Shown: positions 24,090-34,896 of the stretch, in pieces
Layout of the letters: each line of letters opens with the position of its first letter
Numbering within the stretch: position 1 is the stretch's first letter
From: Circinaria calcarea
Lineage: Eukaryota
DNA: 51,549 nucleotides
Assembly: GCA_051942165.1 (NCBI GenBank)
Contig: JAVECS010000008.1
Location: forward strand, 1-51,549
Direction of reading: 5' to 3'
Translations under genes and position numbers: made by a program
Notes under the pieces: generated by a model
Told to the model about the DNA's origin: nothing
Databases searched by the model: none
Seen by the model: the letters and a program-made list of their open reading frames with translations, nothing else

Positions 24090-25065
24090 TTACGCCACCT
24101 CCCCAATCCTCCTTTCAAAGGGCATCCCTTTCCTCTCCCTCCCCGCCTTCTTTCTCCTTCTCCTTTCGATAACCCTCTCCGCTTTCTTATCACCCAATCC
24201 CTCGAACCTCTTAACAAGTGCCAGTTTCTTTTGCTCCCCTTTCTTTAAATAGAACGGCTGCTTTCCCTTTTCGATCGCCTCTTTCTCTTTCTTCCTATGC
24301 TCTCGTATGATCTCCTGCTGTGCCTCTTTAGCCGCACGAGCTTTTTCCTGGGATTCCATGCTTAGTAAGGTCTTTCTTAAACTTTCGCGGGCGGAGGGAT
24401 CTTTGGTGTTGTGGAGAGTTGTTTTGAGGCTTGCGATCTCAGACGTCCTGTAGCTGTCAAGAAAGGAGTAGTTTCTCTTTATTTTTTCGGGTACCAGAGG
24501 CCCGGAGAGCGGTTCGAACCGCGGGTCACGGTACGAAACTCTACGGATGGGAATGACTTCTCGTTTCCGCGACACGGCCTTTTTAGATGAGAATTCGGCA
24601 GGGGCATGTCTCGATTGGCGGGAGTGGGTGCGGTGATCCTTTTTGCCGGCACGACGCTCGTCTGCTTCGGGGAAACAATCGTTAGGTGTAGGCTGCTCCG
24701 GTCGGGGTGATGCGCGCTTGCGTTTGAGAAAAACGGAGTTTTGAGCGGCGGCGAGTGCGCCAAAGGAGATGGCTGTTATAGATTGTAGTGAAGCTGAAGG
24801 TGGAATGGATGAGGTAGACTGCGAAGGAGCTATAAGCCCATGAACTTTCACCGACTGCGACGGCTCTTACGTCAGAGTCGTCATCCTGATCTTGTCCGCT
24901 GTCGATCTCATCTTTGTCCCCGGAGCCAGTGTTGTCTGAAGCACCACTGGAGCTGCCACCACGGGCTGCTGAAACCGAAAGGGTACTATAAACCTCTTCA
25001 TCTAGGTCCGTGGTGTCATCCTTCCTGGCTTTTACACGACTTTTAAGTATGCTTGAAAGTGCCAT
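24090..25065 (-). CDS. RRP36: rRNA biogenesis protein Rrp36 (DUF947), 2 exons
   Basis: ISFGALAAAQ, HAPAEFSSKKAVSRKRE, RDPRF, NYSFLDSYR, KGKQPFYLKK and RRRKK...ERKGMP. Intron at about 24819-24870. Confidence 0.92.
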
Positions 25066-25177
25066 TCCAGGTTGTTCTCAAGTGTCCGCTTCACATGTAT
25101 GCGAACCTTTTGCCTCTGCCGTCCCGCGCAAGGCAGACGGCCCGACGGATGACGCACAGTGCGGCAGTTTGAGGTTT

Positions 25178-25186
25178 TAGCCCTAA
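25178..25186 (-). promoter_or_regulatory. Telobox/Tbf1-like site TTAGGGCTA in the RRP36 / FCP1-like divergent promoter
   Basis: tagccctaa on the + strand, about 110 nt upstream of the RRP36 ATG. Tbf1-type sites regulate ribosome-related genes in several ascomycetes. Function here is untested. Confidence 0.35.
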
Positions 25187-25271
25187 ATTTAAGATTAAAT
25201 GTTCACGACATTTGGGGAGTCATCAAATGTATAAGAAGTCAGGTCTTACCCAACTCACTCCACTGCACTGT

Positions 25272-26800
25272 ATGAGCACTTTGTCTACTGAGGCAGCATC
25301 CCAACTTACTTACAACGTTTCTCGACAACGCCCGTCCAACCCATATGTCGGCCTCGCAGAACATGCTACGCTCAGTTCACATTTCGGGAAGGTAAGGTAA
25401 CTTGATCCTTTTCCTAGTATCCACTAAGTGGATTGTAACATTCCAAGGCCGCAAAAGGCCGAGATGCGCGACTTGCCTTCCTGAAAAGTGGTACTCAACC
25501 GGCCTGGGCAAAGTTGCAGATGGATCTCCCAAAACTGGGGTACATGAGCCTAGACGATAACCGGGCACGCTCTGGCAACAAACCTCGGAGTGTTGGCCTG
25601 AATGGAGTGTCCATATTCCCAGCTGACCATATCCGTCCCGAAACATATGCGGCAATCGAGATTTCCAAACAAGCAGTAAAGGCCAAAAGAGCACATAGTC
25701 GACGTAATCCGAAGCAGGCCCATCCTGCCAGGCGCCCAGATTCCCCAGCTCCCGCTTATCAACCACTGCCGATTCGGCCCATTGGAAGCTCTCGAATTTT
25801 AGGGGCCAGGGCTGGTCAGGAATTTGTTCCCTACCAACCTGTGCGGTCAGTGGTAACGTTTCGTACAACACCCCCATGGCATATTGACAAATGGCGCAGA
25901 TTCACAGCCCCGGAGTTGAGTCAGAGCAGCCGAGGACAGACGCCTGCCAAACCAATACCAAATGGTTTGCCCGCAGAACAGCCTAAAGGTCGACGGGTAG
26001 GTTCACCACCTAGGTCTCAGCCGTCATATGCTCCTCAGGAGTCTGTAATTAAGGTCTCAAGTCCGGCTCCTACTCGATCCGTAACGCAGGTCCGACAGCC
26101 TCTGAGATTTAGTGCGCTACGACTCCCTCCACCTGACCCAACAGCCGATTATCTCGCTCAATCCTTCTTTGGGCCGAAGAAGCTATCCAGTCCTCAATCT
26201 CTCCTCGTCGTTCTCGACCTTAACGGGACCTTGCTGGCTCGGAGTCGAGGTAGGACCACAATCACAGAGCGTCCTTATCTGGACAGGTTTGTCGAGTACT
26301 GTTTGAAGCACCATAGCGTAATGATATGGTCATCTGCTCAGCCAGGGAGTGTGGCTCAAATGTGTGGGAAAATCTTCAAACCTCAGCAACGAAAGAAGCT
26401 TGTACGAGAATGGGGTAGGGATACTCTTGAGCTGACCAACAAGGACTACTATAACAAGGTGCAGGTCTACAAACGGCTTGATCGCATATGGGAGGATACC
26501 ATGCTTCAGTCTAAACATCCGTGCTGGGAGAAGTTCGGAAAATTCAGCCAGAAGAACACCGTGCTTATTGATGACTCTCGGCTGAAGGCACAGAAGCAGC
26601 CCTTCAACCACATTGAGATACCGGAGTATACAACTCGGTCTGGCGATGAGGGGACTGGAATGGAGGTGCTTGGCCAAGTTGTGGGATACCTTGAGGAGTT
26701 GAGGAAGTGGGACGATGTGTCTCGCTTCATTCGAGCCAACAGGTTTGAGATTGATAGGGGTTGGTCATGGGATTGGGAAGAGTGGAGCACAGTAAGCTAG
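25272..26800 (+). CDS. FCP1/NIF-homology HAD-superfamily protein with a long disordered N-terminus; first exon tentative
   Basis: LVVLDLNGTLL, ERPYLDRFV, VMIWSSA, VYKRLDRIW and NTVLIDDS...QPFNHIEIP. A likely intron at 25392-25447 (GTAAGG...AAG) preserves the frame. Confidence 0.82.
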
Positions 26801-28607
26801 GCAATGTGGCTAGGAGCCATTTGAGAGGCAGGATGTGGTTGCCTAAGCTATTATTTCGAACAGAAAGCAGACATCTCAAGGCAGACCTAGCTAAGGTGCA
26901 CAAACTTCTCCCTTAAAACATAGTTGAGGCCATCAGACCCCTGCTTTATGGCAGCTATGGGCTCAGATCAATCTATCTCACATCACAAAGGCCGTCTGAG
27001 AAATATTCGGCTTCATCCACCACTATTGCTATACCCTCTGAAAACAAGCTCCATCTTCTACTCTTTTACCCCTGTCCTGGTGTTTGTAACAACTCCACAC
27101 CATGATTTAACACACCACTCCGTACTGTCACCGTCTTATCAAGAGTATCGTGAGTTTATCAAATTGCTCCAACCATCTACTCCAATTCCGCCACGTCGTA
27201 GGCATTTCCTCTAATTTTGATAACGCGGCGCTCCTCTCTCCTTGGCCTGATGATGGGTACCTCGCGTTCCTTCACCGTCATACGCCCGTCTGCGGAACCG
27301 CCTATACTTCCCCCCTCCTTGCTTGCCATGACTTTTTTCTCAGCCTCCGCACCCGATCTCAGGCCCCTCTTTCCCGTCAAACCCCCTGTGCAGTTGAATA
27401 TATATATCCACCACGCTTCCAACGACCGCCAACCGGAAGGGTCTTTCGTTGGCCGACCAAGCAAGCTGGACGGACCCCTTCCACCACCACCTCCATCAAT
27501 CCACCTTGCCACTCCGAGAGAACCGAATACCTTGGATGGGATTCGAATCCGGTCCGAGTTGGCCCTTGAGCAGCTTGGCCTCATGTGGTAGGGCCAGCCT
27601 ACGCAAAGGAGACGGAGGATAGGGACCTACGATGGCCGCCTCCCGTCTTACAAGGGTATCGTCGGGTTGCATGCGAACGCACAGTATTCGGACCTTGATT
27701 GATCCGCCAAGATTTGACGTGGAGAACTACAGCCCACAGCTTGAGCCGACGTATACGTCGGATTTGGGGCCGTTGGGAAAATGTGGAGGAGAGAAAATTT
27801 GAGAGAGGGTGGCGGGACAAGAAAAATGAGACCATGGAAATGGGAATGCCGAAGGAGAAGCTCAGTGTGGTGACCAGCGAGAACTCAGACAATAGGCCCT
27901 CAATTTACAGGCAAGACATCCAGCCCCGTATCTGATTTTTTTCGACAGGACAATATTATCTGCATTGGAAGATACTAGCACAGCCATATTCATGGAAAAC
28001 GTTTCACCCTTCGCAACTCAACGTTCTCCGATCACTAGGAAGCATAACTAATAATTCTCACTTGGTACAAACAGTAATCCAAAACATCAATCAAGTCGTA
28101 AAGTCCTGACCTCGTGTATCATGAACACTGTGTGCGTTGCCCCCATTTTCCCAATTCCCCTATTCCTTCGTTTTCCCCCCAACTACCAATAACACCGACG
28201 AAATCACCTTTAATGTGCTTGCCACAGCCACAAAAACAAGGTTCACTAAGTTTCTCTCTTTATAACGCCATGCCCCGTTTAGTATCGCGCTAGCTGAATT
28301 GAAAAGCTAGGGATAGAAAATGAACAGCGGATAAACCCGGAGAAAGGGTAAAGTCAGCGAGAGAATAAGAGATACTGGTTATTTCATGTTCCTTAGACAT
28401 AGAGCAGACAGTAGGGATATTCAACCAGGTAATGTACTGCATAACAACTCAGTAATACCGGATTTAAGCGGTTCCGGTAAATGGCTTGTAATGAGACCGT
28501 GCCCACGGCATCTCGAGTTGTTGGACTAGGCTCCCATATCAACATATACTCATTCAGGCCTCTTTATGCAGCCCTGATGGTCTTTGGGAAGATTGTTCGT
28601 CATAACA

Positions 28608-30746
28608 TTAAGAGCGCGCCGTGTAGCTTCGCACTCCTAGCGGTGGCCGGGATACCTTTTTTTGCTCCGTTTTCTCATTCTCTTTTTCCCCTATTTTTTG
28701 AAATCCTTGCAAGATATCCAATCCCCCTGAATCGTCCGGGGAATCATCCACCAAAAATTCCAAGCCAAAAAGGTTGTCTCTGGAGAGAAAAATGGAAGGA
28801 CTCCGAAACGACGGCGATTTGCTAGGAGACCTCTGACGCAGCGGTGATTCGAGAAATGGAGCCTTCAGAACTGGCGCAAGAGTATTGCTATTATTACTCG
28901 TACTAGTGATGTCGCCCAGAATGCCGGATGAAGTGCTTGCACGATCAAGTCGGGGGCGTCTAACTGAGCGCTTGAAGGGAGACCCGAATGCAGAACCGTT
29001 AGAGGATATGTCAGTAAAGATGTTGAAGTGACCGTTAAGAGTGTCGGGATATAACGAAGATTCATCATCAATGATCTTGAAAGCAGGGCTGAAAGACATT
29101 TCCTCGTTCGGCAAGCCTGCGTCCTTCAATGGTGAACCAACGAGCGCTTTGATCTTGTTACGGTGATTTCGTAAGTTTGTGTTGGGGGATATAGAAGCCG
29201 GAGGCTTTGTAGGCGCCTTGAATGTCATTGCGGGTGTGAGTGGTGGCAGCATCAGTGAGCTATCGAAAGGACGTAGCGGTGACGAGGACATGAGCTGTGG
29301 CGCAGGCTGTTTCAGCGCGGCTCGGCCTTTGCTGGGACTTGCGTCATGAGAGGAAGAGCGGATCCTCGCAATCTCCTCTTCAGCGCGGCCTCGCTTGAAT
29401 CGTGGGGCAGTGAGGTCTGCTTCCGAAGTATTGAATCCAGCAGGCCGCGCCGCTGATGACTCAAGGGAAGAAAAGTAGCCACTGTCATTCATGGAGTTGA
29501 AATTCCGCTTTTTGAACCTCGGATAATTTGTTGAGGATGGGAACTCAGATACGCACGTTGGCGTTCCTTCACGCGAAAGAGAGCGACGAGCGATTGGTGG
29601 GGAGGAGCGAAGGGCGTGTTGAGGGGAGGACAAAACAGCGCGTGATGCTGGTGGAGGCATATTTAAAATCCGATCAAGCTCATCCTCAGGATCGATTGGA
29701 TCCGAGATGGGGATCGTTGCGTCGGATGAGGGCTCGGAAACCTCGGCATCCCTGATGACAATTTTGGGAGAGGGCTGTGAGGGGACAGCAGAAATCAATA
29801 AGTTCATGTCGCTCGAAGGCTGTGAGAACACTTTCATACTCGGTCCAGCAGATGAAGCAGGTCGGCGACAAGGCCTTTCCTTAACAAATTGGAGCTCCAT
29901 ACCAGGCTCTATCGCCCAGTAGTTCCCCTTACCAGGATCGTCCTTGGGTCTCTCCTGTTTAATGAATGCTTTATTCAGACTGAGATTGTGACGGATGCTA
30001 TTTTGCCAACCAGTCTCGGATGCACGATAATATGAGAATGTGTCCGATATCCACTTGTATATCTGGGCCAGGGTTAATCGACGGTTTGGCGCTCGCAAAA
30101 TTGACATTCCAATCAGAGCAGCATAACTATATGGTGGCTTCGCTCCGTCATCCTCGACATTAGGCATGTCGTGCGGCTCCGGGATCTGAGCCGTTGCTGC
30201 ATCCCCATTCACCGATTTCTTATATGCACGATCTTGGGACGGCGTAGGATCAGGCAGTGTTCTGTTGCCCGCCGGCTTGAACCCACACCCCGGATCAGGA
30301 AACTCGGCAAAGTTATCGCTATGGTATGCCGGATACAAATTCTCCTGATCTGCGGGCGTCGCGCTCGGAAAGGTGATGAACAAAGCCCTGGGCGGCATTT
30401 GCGGCGCAATGGGCTGGTACACAGAAGTGACAGGTCTCTTCAACGGGGAATCGGTGATGAATAAGGGCGCTGGTGGAGGCGGAAGGCAGATGTCTATCTT
30501 CTCCACAAAGAGGGCTTTAGGCAGCGAGCTGGAAGGGTTATCATGTTTCTGTGGGGATTGAGCCAACTGACCATAAGCTGGAGGGTCGGAAGATACGTCT
30601 AGAGGCTGTGGAAGGTTGGGTATGGTATCCAACGGTGAGGATAACGTTCCGGACAGGTTGTACAAATCATGCGGTGGATGCGTGCTGGCCGGGTAAGAGT
30701 CCTGGACTACCTTCAGATGACGCGTCGAGGCACTTGTCCTGGTCAT
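28608..30746 (-). CDS. Forkhead transcription factor (Sep1/Hcm1-like), single exon
   Basis: Forkhead domain [15 protein letters not shown]...[10 protein letters not shown]...[18 protein letters not shown]...GKGNYWAI. No FHA domain is visible, and there are many S/T-P sites. The first ATG is at 30746. Confidence 0.92.
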   Translation of the reverse strand: MTRTSASTRHLKVVQDSYPASTHPPHDLYNLSGTLSSPLDTIPNLPQPLDVSSDPPAYGQLAQSPQKHDNPSSSLPKALFVEKIDICLPPPPAPLFITDSPLKRPVTSVYQPIAPQMPPRALFITFPSATPADQENLYPAYHSDNFAEFPDPGCGFKPAGNRTLPDPTPSQDRAYKKSVNGDAATAQIPEPHDMPNVEDDGAKPPYSYAALIGMSILRAPNRRLTLAQIYKWISDTFSYYRASETGWQNSIRHNLSLNKAFIKQERPKDDPGKGNYWAIEPGMELQFVKERPCRRPASSAGPSMKVFSQPSSDMNLLISAVPSQPSPKIVIRDAEVSEPSSDATIPISDPIDPEDELDRILNMPPPASRAVLSSPQHALRSSPPIARRSLSREGTPTCVSEFPSSTNYPRFKKRNFNSMNDSGYFSSLESSAARPAGFNTSEADLTAPRFKRGRAEEEIARIRSSSHDASPSKGRAALKQPAPQLMSSSPLRPFDSSLMLPPLTPAMTFKAPTKPPASISPNTNLRNHRNKIKALVGSPLKDAGLPNEEMSFSPAFKIIDDESSLYPDTLNGHFNIFTDISSNGSAFGSPFKRSVRRPRLDRASTSSGILGDITSTSNNSNTLAPVLKAPFLESPLRQRSPSKSPSFRSPSIFLSRDNLFGLEFLVDDSPDDSGGLDILQGFQKIGEKENEKTEQKKVSRPPLGVRSYTARS

Positions 30747-31183
30747 GGTACAGTGTGGAGTGGCCGGCGACGGTGGCCGACAGTTGCAATCAATCCAGTT
30801 GAACAAGTGACACGTGCATTTGAAGTTTTATACTTCCTCGAGGAGAATCAAAGTGGTGGCAGTTGAGAGTTGTGGCTCGGTGGGGGAGATTTGCCCACTC
30901 TCGCTTGATTGAGGCGCGCAGTTGAGGGGCAGGAACACAGCGGCAGAGATGGCCACTTCCTCTCTCGACAGGCTCCCGTTGATTCAAGTGCAGTGGCGGC
31001 AGCAGATGGTTCGACAGCGCGAGTCGGGCAGATAGATATATGTTCAGGTACAAAGGTACAGTAATTGGGCAATTGGAGGAAGCAAGGGCACGAAAACCTT
31101 GGCCTTTCCCTTGCCGACGCAATCTTTTTTCTTCTTCTTTGTATTTCCCTATCAAGCCCTTTCGGCGTGGTAAAGGCAATGCT

Positions 31184-31210
31184 GATGATGATGATGATGG
31201 TGGTGGATGG
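31184..31210 (+). repeat. (GAT)n/(GGT)n microsatellite upstream of the forkhead gene
   Basis: gatgatgatgatgatggtggtggatgg, seen directly. Confidence 0.7.
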
Positions 31211-32245
31211 TGGATGTTGGATACTGGTGTTGGACGAAGAGAGGCCGCAGGCAGTAAGTTACGTAGAGCAGCACTCGTCGAGCTTTGGAGGCGACCCGGG
31301 AATCCCCCAATACTGAGAGGCTGAGACGCCGGGGGGGGGACTTTAGTGGCACGGGCGCTTCCAAGTTCCCAAGTTCCCTCACCATCCCTTGACGCCCGGA
31401 CGATAATTGGATCTGATTGTCTACCGAGATGAGAGTACGTACCACAACCAGGTCCAAAGTAGGTACTGTGGGTGGTCGATGACTGGCGCCGTTTGCTCCA
31501 GTCGTTGAGTTCCACCGTCTCGATAGAAGCATAGCGCGTAGCTCAACTCGTGTCGATGGCTGATAAGCCTACTCCCTACCGGAACCGGCACTTGAGGCGA
31601 CAGCACAGCAGATCAGTGCCTCATCTCGGCCTACCGTGACTGTGCCTCTCTCACTCTGCCGTATGCTGCTCGGCGAGATATGGTAAGATGCAAACACTCC
31701 ACGGATCATTAAGGGAGAGATATTGGGCTTGTTTTAAGCCTCCGCTGCAAGCAAGTAGCCACCCTTTCGTAATTCACCACCGCTTTCTCACCGTGGCTAC
31801 AGTCGGGCTACTGCAATCGGAGAACATACCTGTACCTGGCATGCTTTGCTTACCGTTCTAAATTACGATTTACAAATGCCGACTCCAAACGTCCATGCCT
31901 TGAGCATTAATGGTCATGAAATGCAGTACATATCTCGGACCGGAGCTGTCTGACGAACGCCCCTGGTCGAGTCATCGACTTTGTCGCGTCTGGTTATAAT
32001 GAGCCAACGGTACAAACCGGTGGTATCTCCGCCGCTGTGCTCCGTAGATCCTGTGCGATTCCCAAGTGCAAAGGTTCCCCAATAGCCCAAACGCCATGCG
32101 CCTTGCGAGCTGAAGCTGCTGCACGTCGTCTTCAATCCATGCCATGTAAATGCATCTACGGGGTCCGCCATCACCGTCGGTATAGGTCTCGATCCCTCTC
32201 TCGAAGGCGCTCCTTGTCTCCATAAAAAGAAGGGCTTCGGCTCCG

Positions 32246-33907
32246 CTACCTGCCCGGTTGTTCGTAAGGTCCACGCTCCCCAAAGCGGCCTCGGTCCCCT
32301 CTATCCTGCCTGATTGGAACATCTTCACGGCCCCTTGAGACCTCCCCACCGTTTCCATAGCTCGGTATGTAGGTATCAACCCGGGGGCCGCTAAAGCTAG
32401 GTGGTACGCCCCTGGGCGGTGGAGGCCTTAATCTGTTCGGATCGTTTAGACCATCTCCCGCCCAACCTTGCCAACCCATGTTGCTAGGGGGCGGGCGCGG
32501 GGGGAGTCCAAGATCACGTGGCCACGCAGTTCGACGATCGGGCTGACTTGCCGGCATACCACCTGGACCACGGATCCGCATTTGAGGGTTGGGCACTCGA
32601 CTGTCATATCCGTTTCTTGGCGGCCCTTGCGACGCATGACCTGGCGCATGACCTGGCGGCCGGCGAGGACCTTGGTGATTTATTGGTCCGGCGCCACTCG
32701 TCCACTCGCCATTCGCACCCATGCCTACAGTACCGCCAGCGGGTGCAGGTGGAAGCTTTGCTTTTTGGCCTCGGAACTTCCGCCTGTCTAACTCGTGAGA
32801 CTCTTCGAATTGTGGTATATCGCCAGGTTTAGCCGGCAATGGGGGGGTCCTAAAGTAAGGATGTTGGAGAGCATCAATCGCGTTGATGCGTTTCCGCCAG
32901 TCTAGCTTCAACAGCTCGCTAAGCAGTGAAATGACAGAAGAACCTTGCTCTCTAAAGACCTGGGACAGCGTGCTTCCACGGGGCTGAAACGATCTCACGC
33001 CCTCGCATCCTGGCAAGGAACTCCATCCAGGCATACTGTCTTCGGTTGGTGCACCCACAAGATCAAATATCAACTGTGCCTGGTTAAGATCGCTGTTACC
33101 AGCCAGGATTGGCCTCCCCTTGAACATCTCGCCGAAGACGCAGCCAACGCCCCACATGTCAATGGCTGTGGTGTATCGACGGAGCTGAAGGAGTAGCTCC
33201 GGAGGTCTATACCACCGAGTCACAACCAAAGTAGTGTATTCACGCGTAGCTTCGCCGCCCCCCTTGCCAGCCTCCGGCGGAGGATCATCGTACGGTCTAG
33301 CCAAACCAAAGTCGGCAATTTGGAGAATGCCCTTGTTGTTAATGAGAAGGTTCGCGGCTTTCATATCTCGGTGTAGGATCTTGTTGGCGTGTAAGTATCG
33401 AAGGCCTTCGAGGAGCTGAAGCATGTAACACTTAATCTGTGGTTCGGTGATATGGACTGCGGGATTTTCCAGCAGCCCAGAGAGATCGTGATCCATGTAA
33501 GGAGTCACCATGTACATTGTGGCTTTCTTCCGTCCTTCTCCTTTCGTGCGTTCCACAGCCATCTCCTCGAGTTTAAGGATGTTTGGGTGTGCCAGCATTT
33601 TCAGAAGCTTGATTTCTCGTAAAGCGGTAATGGGAAATCCATCTTTTTCATTGTGCATAAGAATCTTCTTCAAGGCTACTTGATGACCTTGCCGGAGTGA
33701 CCGTGCCTTGTACACTTCTCCAAACGTTCCTTCACCGAGTTTGCCTTGGATGTCGTAGTGCTTGATTCCTGAGCAACCTTCGAACCGCGGCCGCCCTTGA
33801 TGTGTTCTTTCCAGCGAGCTTCTAACCAGATGCGACTTGTTTGCTACTGCATTTGCTTTTGCTTGGTGGTCGGGAGAAGTGCCTCCTGAGTTCAATAAAC
33901 TGCCCAT
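32246..33907 (-). CDS. BUR1: CDK9-family kinase Bur1/Sgv1, intronless; may extend to 32171 through an in-frame TAG
   Basis: [24 protein letters not shown] (PITALRE), [33 protein letters not shown] and [11 protein letters not shown]. Confidence 0.95.
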   Translation of the reverse strand: MGSLLNSGGTSPDHQAKANAVANKSHLVRSSLERTHQGRPRFEGCSGIKHYDIQGKLGEGTFGEVYKARSLRQGHQVALKKILMHNEKDGFPITALREIKLLKMLAHPNILKLEEMAVERTKGEGRKKATMYMVTPYMDHDLSGLLENPAVHITEPQIKCYMLQLLEGLRYLHANKILHRDMKAANLLINNKGILQIADFGLARPYDDPPPEAGKGGGEATREYTTLVVTRWYRPPELLLQLRRYTTAIDMWGVGCVFGEMFKGRPILAGNSDLNQAQLIFDLVGAPTEDSMPGWSSLPGCEGVRSFQPRGSTLSQVFREQGSSVISLLSELLKLDWRKRINAIDALQHPYFRTPPLPAKPGDIPQFEESHELDRRKFRGQKAKLPPAPAGGTVGMGANGEWTSGAGPINHQGPRRPPGHAPGHASQGPPRNGYDSRVPNPQMRIRGPGGMPASQPDRRTAWPRDLGLPPRPPPSNMGWQGWAGDGLNDPNRLRPPPPRGVPPSFSGPRVDTYIPSYGNGGEVSRGREDVPIRQDRGDRGRFGERGPYEQPGR

Positions 33908-34397
33908 CGTGTCAATGGAACCGAAGTAGATTCCGTAGCGGTACCGGATTGGAAAGAGACAAGTGTACGTGGTCAACTGAGTTCACGAATCAACGTCTTG
34001 TGCACCGAGTTCATCGATTGAAGCCTTTGGAGCCTTTGGCTCTGGGGGCCAACTGTGAGACGCGGTCTGAAGGTGTGATGTTGATTCATACTTCTCCGAG
34101 AGTGAACACTGCGCAGAGCTCGGGTGGGTATTTATTCATCATTGCGTGTGTGCTGAAATGCGGCAGCATTCGCTCGTCGATCCACCTGCAGGGGACAAAA
34201 AGCGTCGGGATCTGCCGGCGGAATATGCGCTAGCAGGGGGCTCCCTCTGAACCTCATGTTGTCAACCTCATCGTCAAAGGTTACTCCGTACAGTATCAAG
34301 ACTACCTATCATCTCGACAGCAACCCTTCACGAAGGTACCGTTCCATATTGCCCATTGCGCACCCATAGGCTAACTTATGCCTTTCAGTCGGTACCA

Positions 34398-34684
34398 ATG
34401 GCTGGCCATCATCCCGTACACATCCACCCGGTATGATAAACCCCCCTTCTTCAAGGGACAGGCGGAGAAAGATAGAAGCAAACCAGGCTCACTACAGGAT
34501 CACGCCAGGTGCGTCCGCTATATCGAGTTTCGGCGCAACTCTTAGGCGCTTCCATGTGGTTCTTTGTAAGCGTTTGGATAGGCCGAGTGTCTTCGGTCAT
34601 TCTACTAAGCCGCGATAGTTGATGTACAGGGCGAAGAAAGACGGACCCGCCCTGTTCGGCTTGAAGCATCCCTGGGATCATTGA
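34398..34684 (+). CDS. NDUFB2: Complex I accessory subunit NDUFB2 (AGGG)-like, 51 aa, 3 coding exons; not in the ORF track
   Basis: Exons 34398-34430, 34509-34565 and 34619-34684 give MAGHHPVHIHPVRPLYRVSAQLLGASMWFFLMYRAKKDGPALFGLKHPWDH*, with the MWF..YRAK.DGP...G..HPW family motif. Probable 5'UTR intron at 34336-34388. Confidence 0.88.
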
Positions 34685-34896
34685 GTTTTGGAGCATCTGC
34701 ATCTCTTGGTATCGGGTCATCGGGGGCGGCAGGCAAGATCGGACGCAATGGAAGCCAAAACTCGAAAACGGACGGCCGAGTCTTCAGGCCAAGGGCCTTT
34801 CAGGATGTCATGGTTGTCTAAATAAATTCCATGTGCATCTTGTGGACACGAAGAAATACGCATGTGCTTCTTCATTCTGAAGGTCTGCTAGGACAT

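Noticed and set aside
32217..32249. Micro-intron GTAGCG...GGAG removing the BUR1 TAG
   Set aside because: It would be only about 33 nt, has no CTRAY branch site, and would delete the RSRSP motif.
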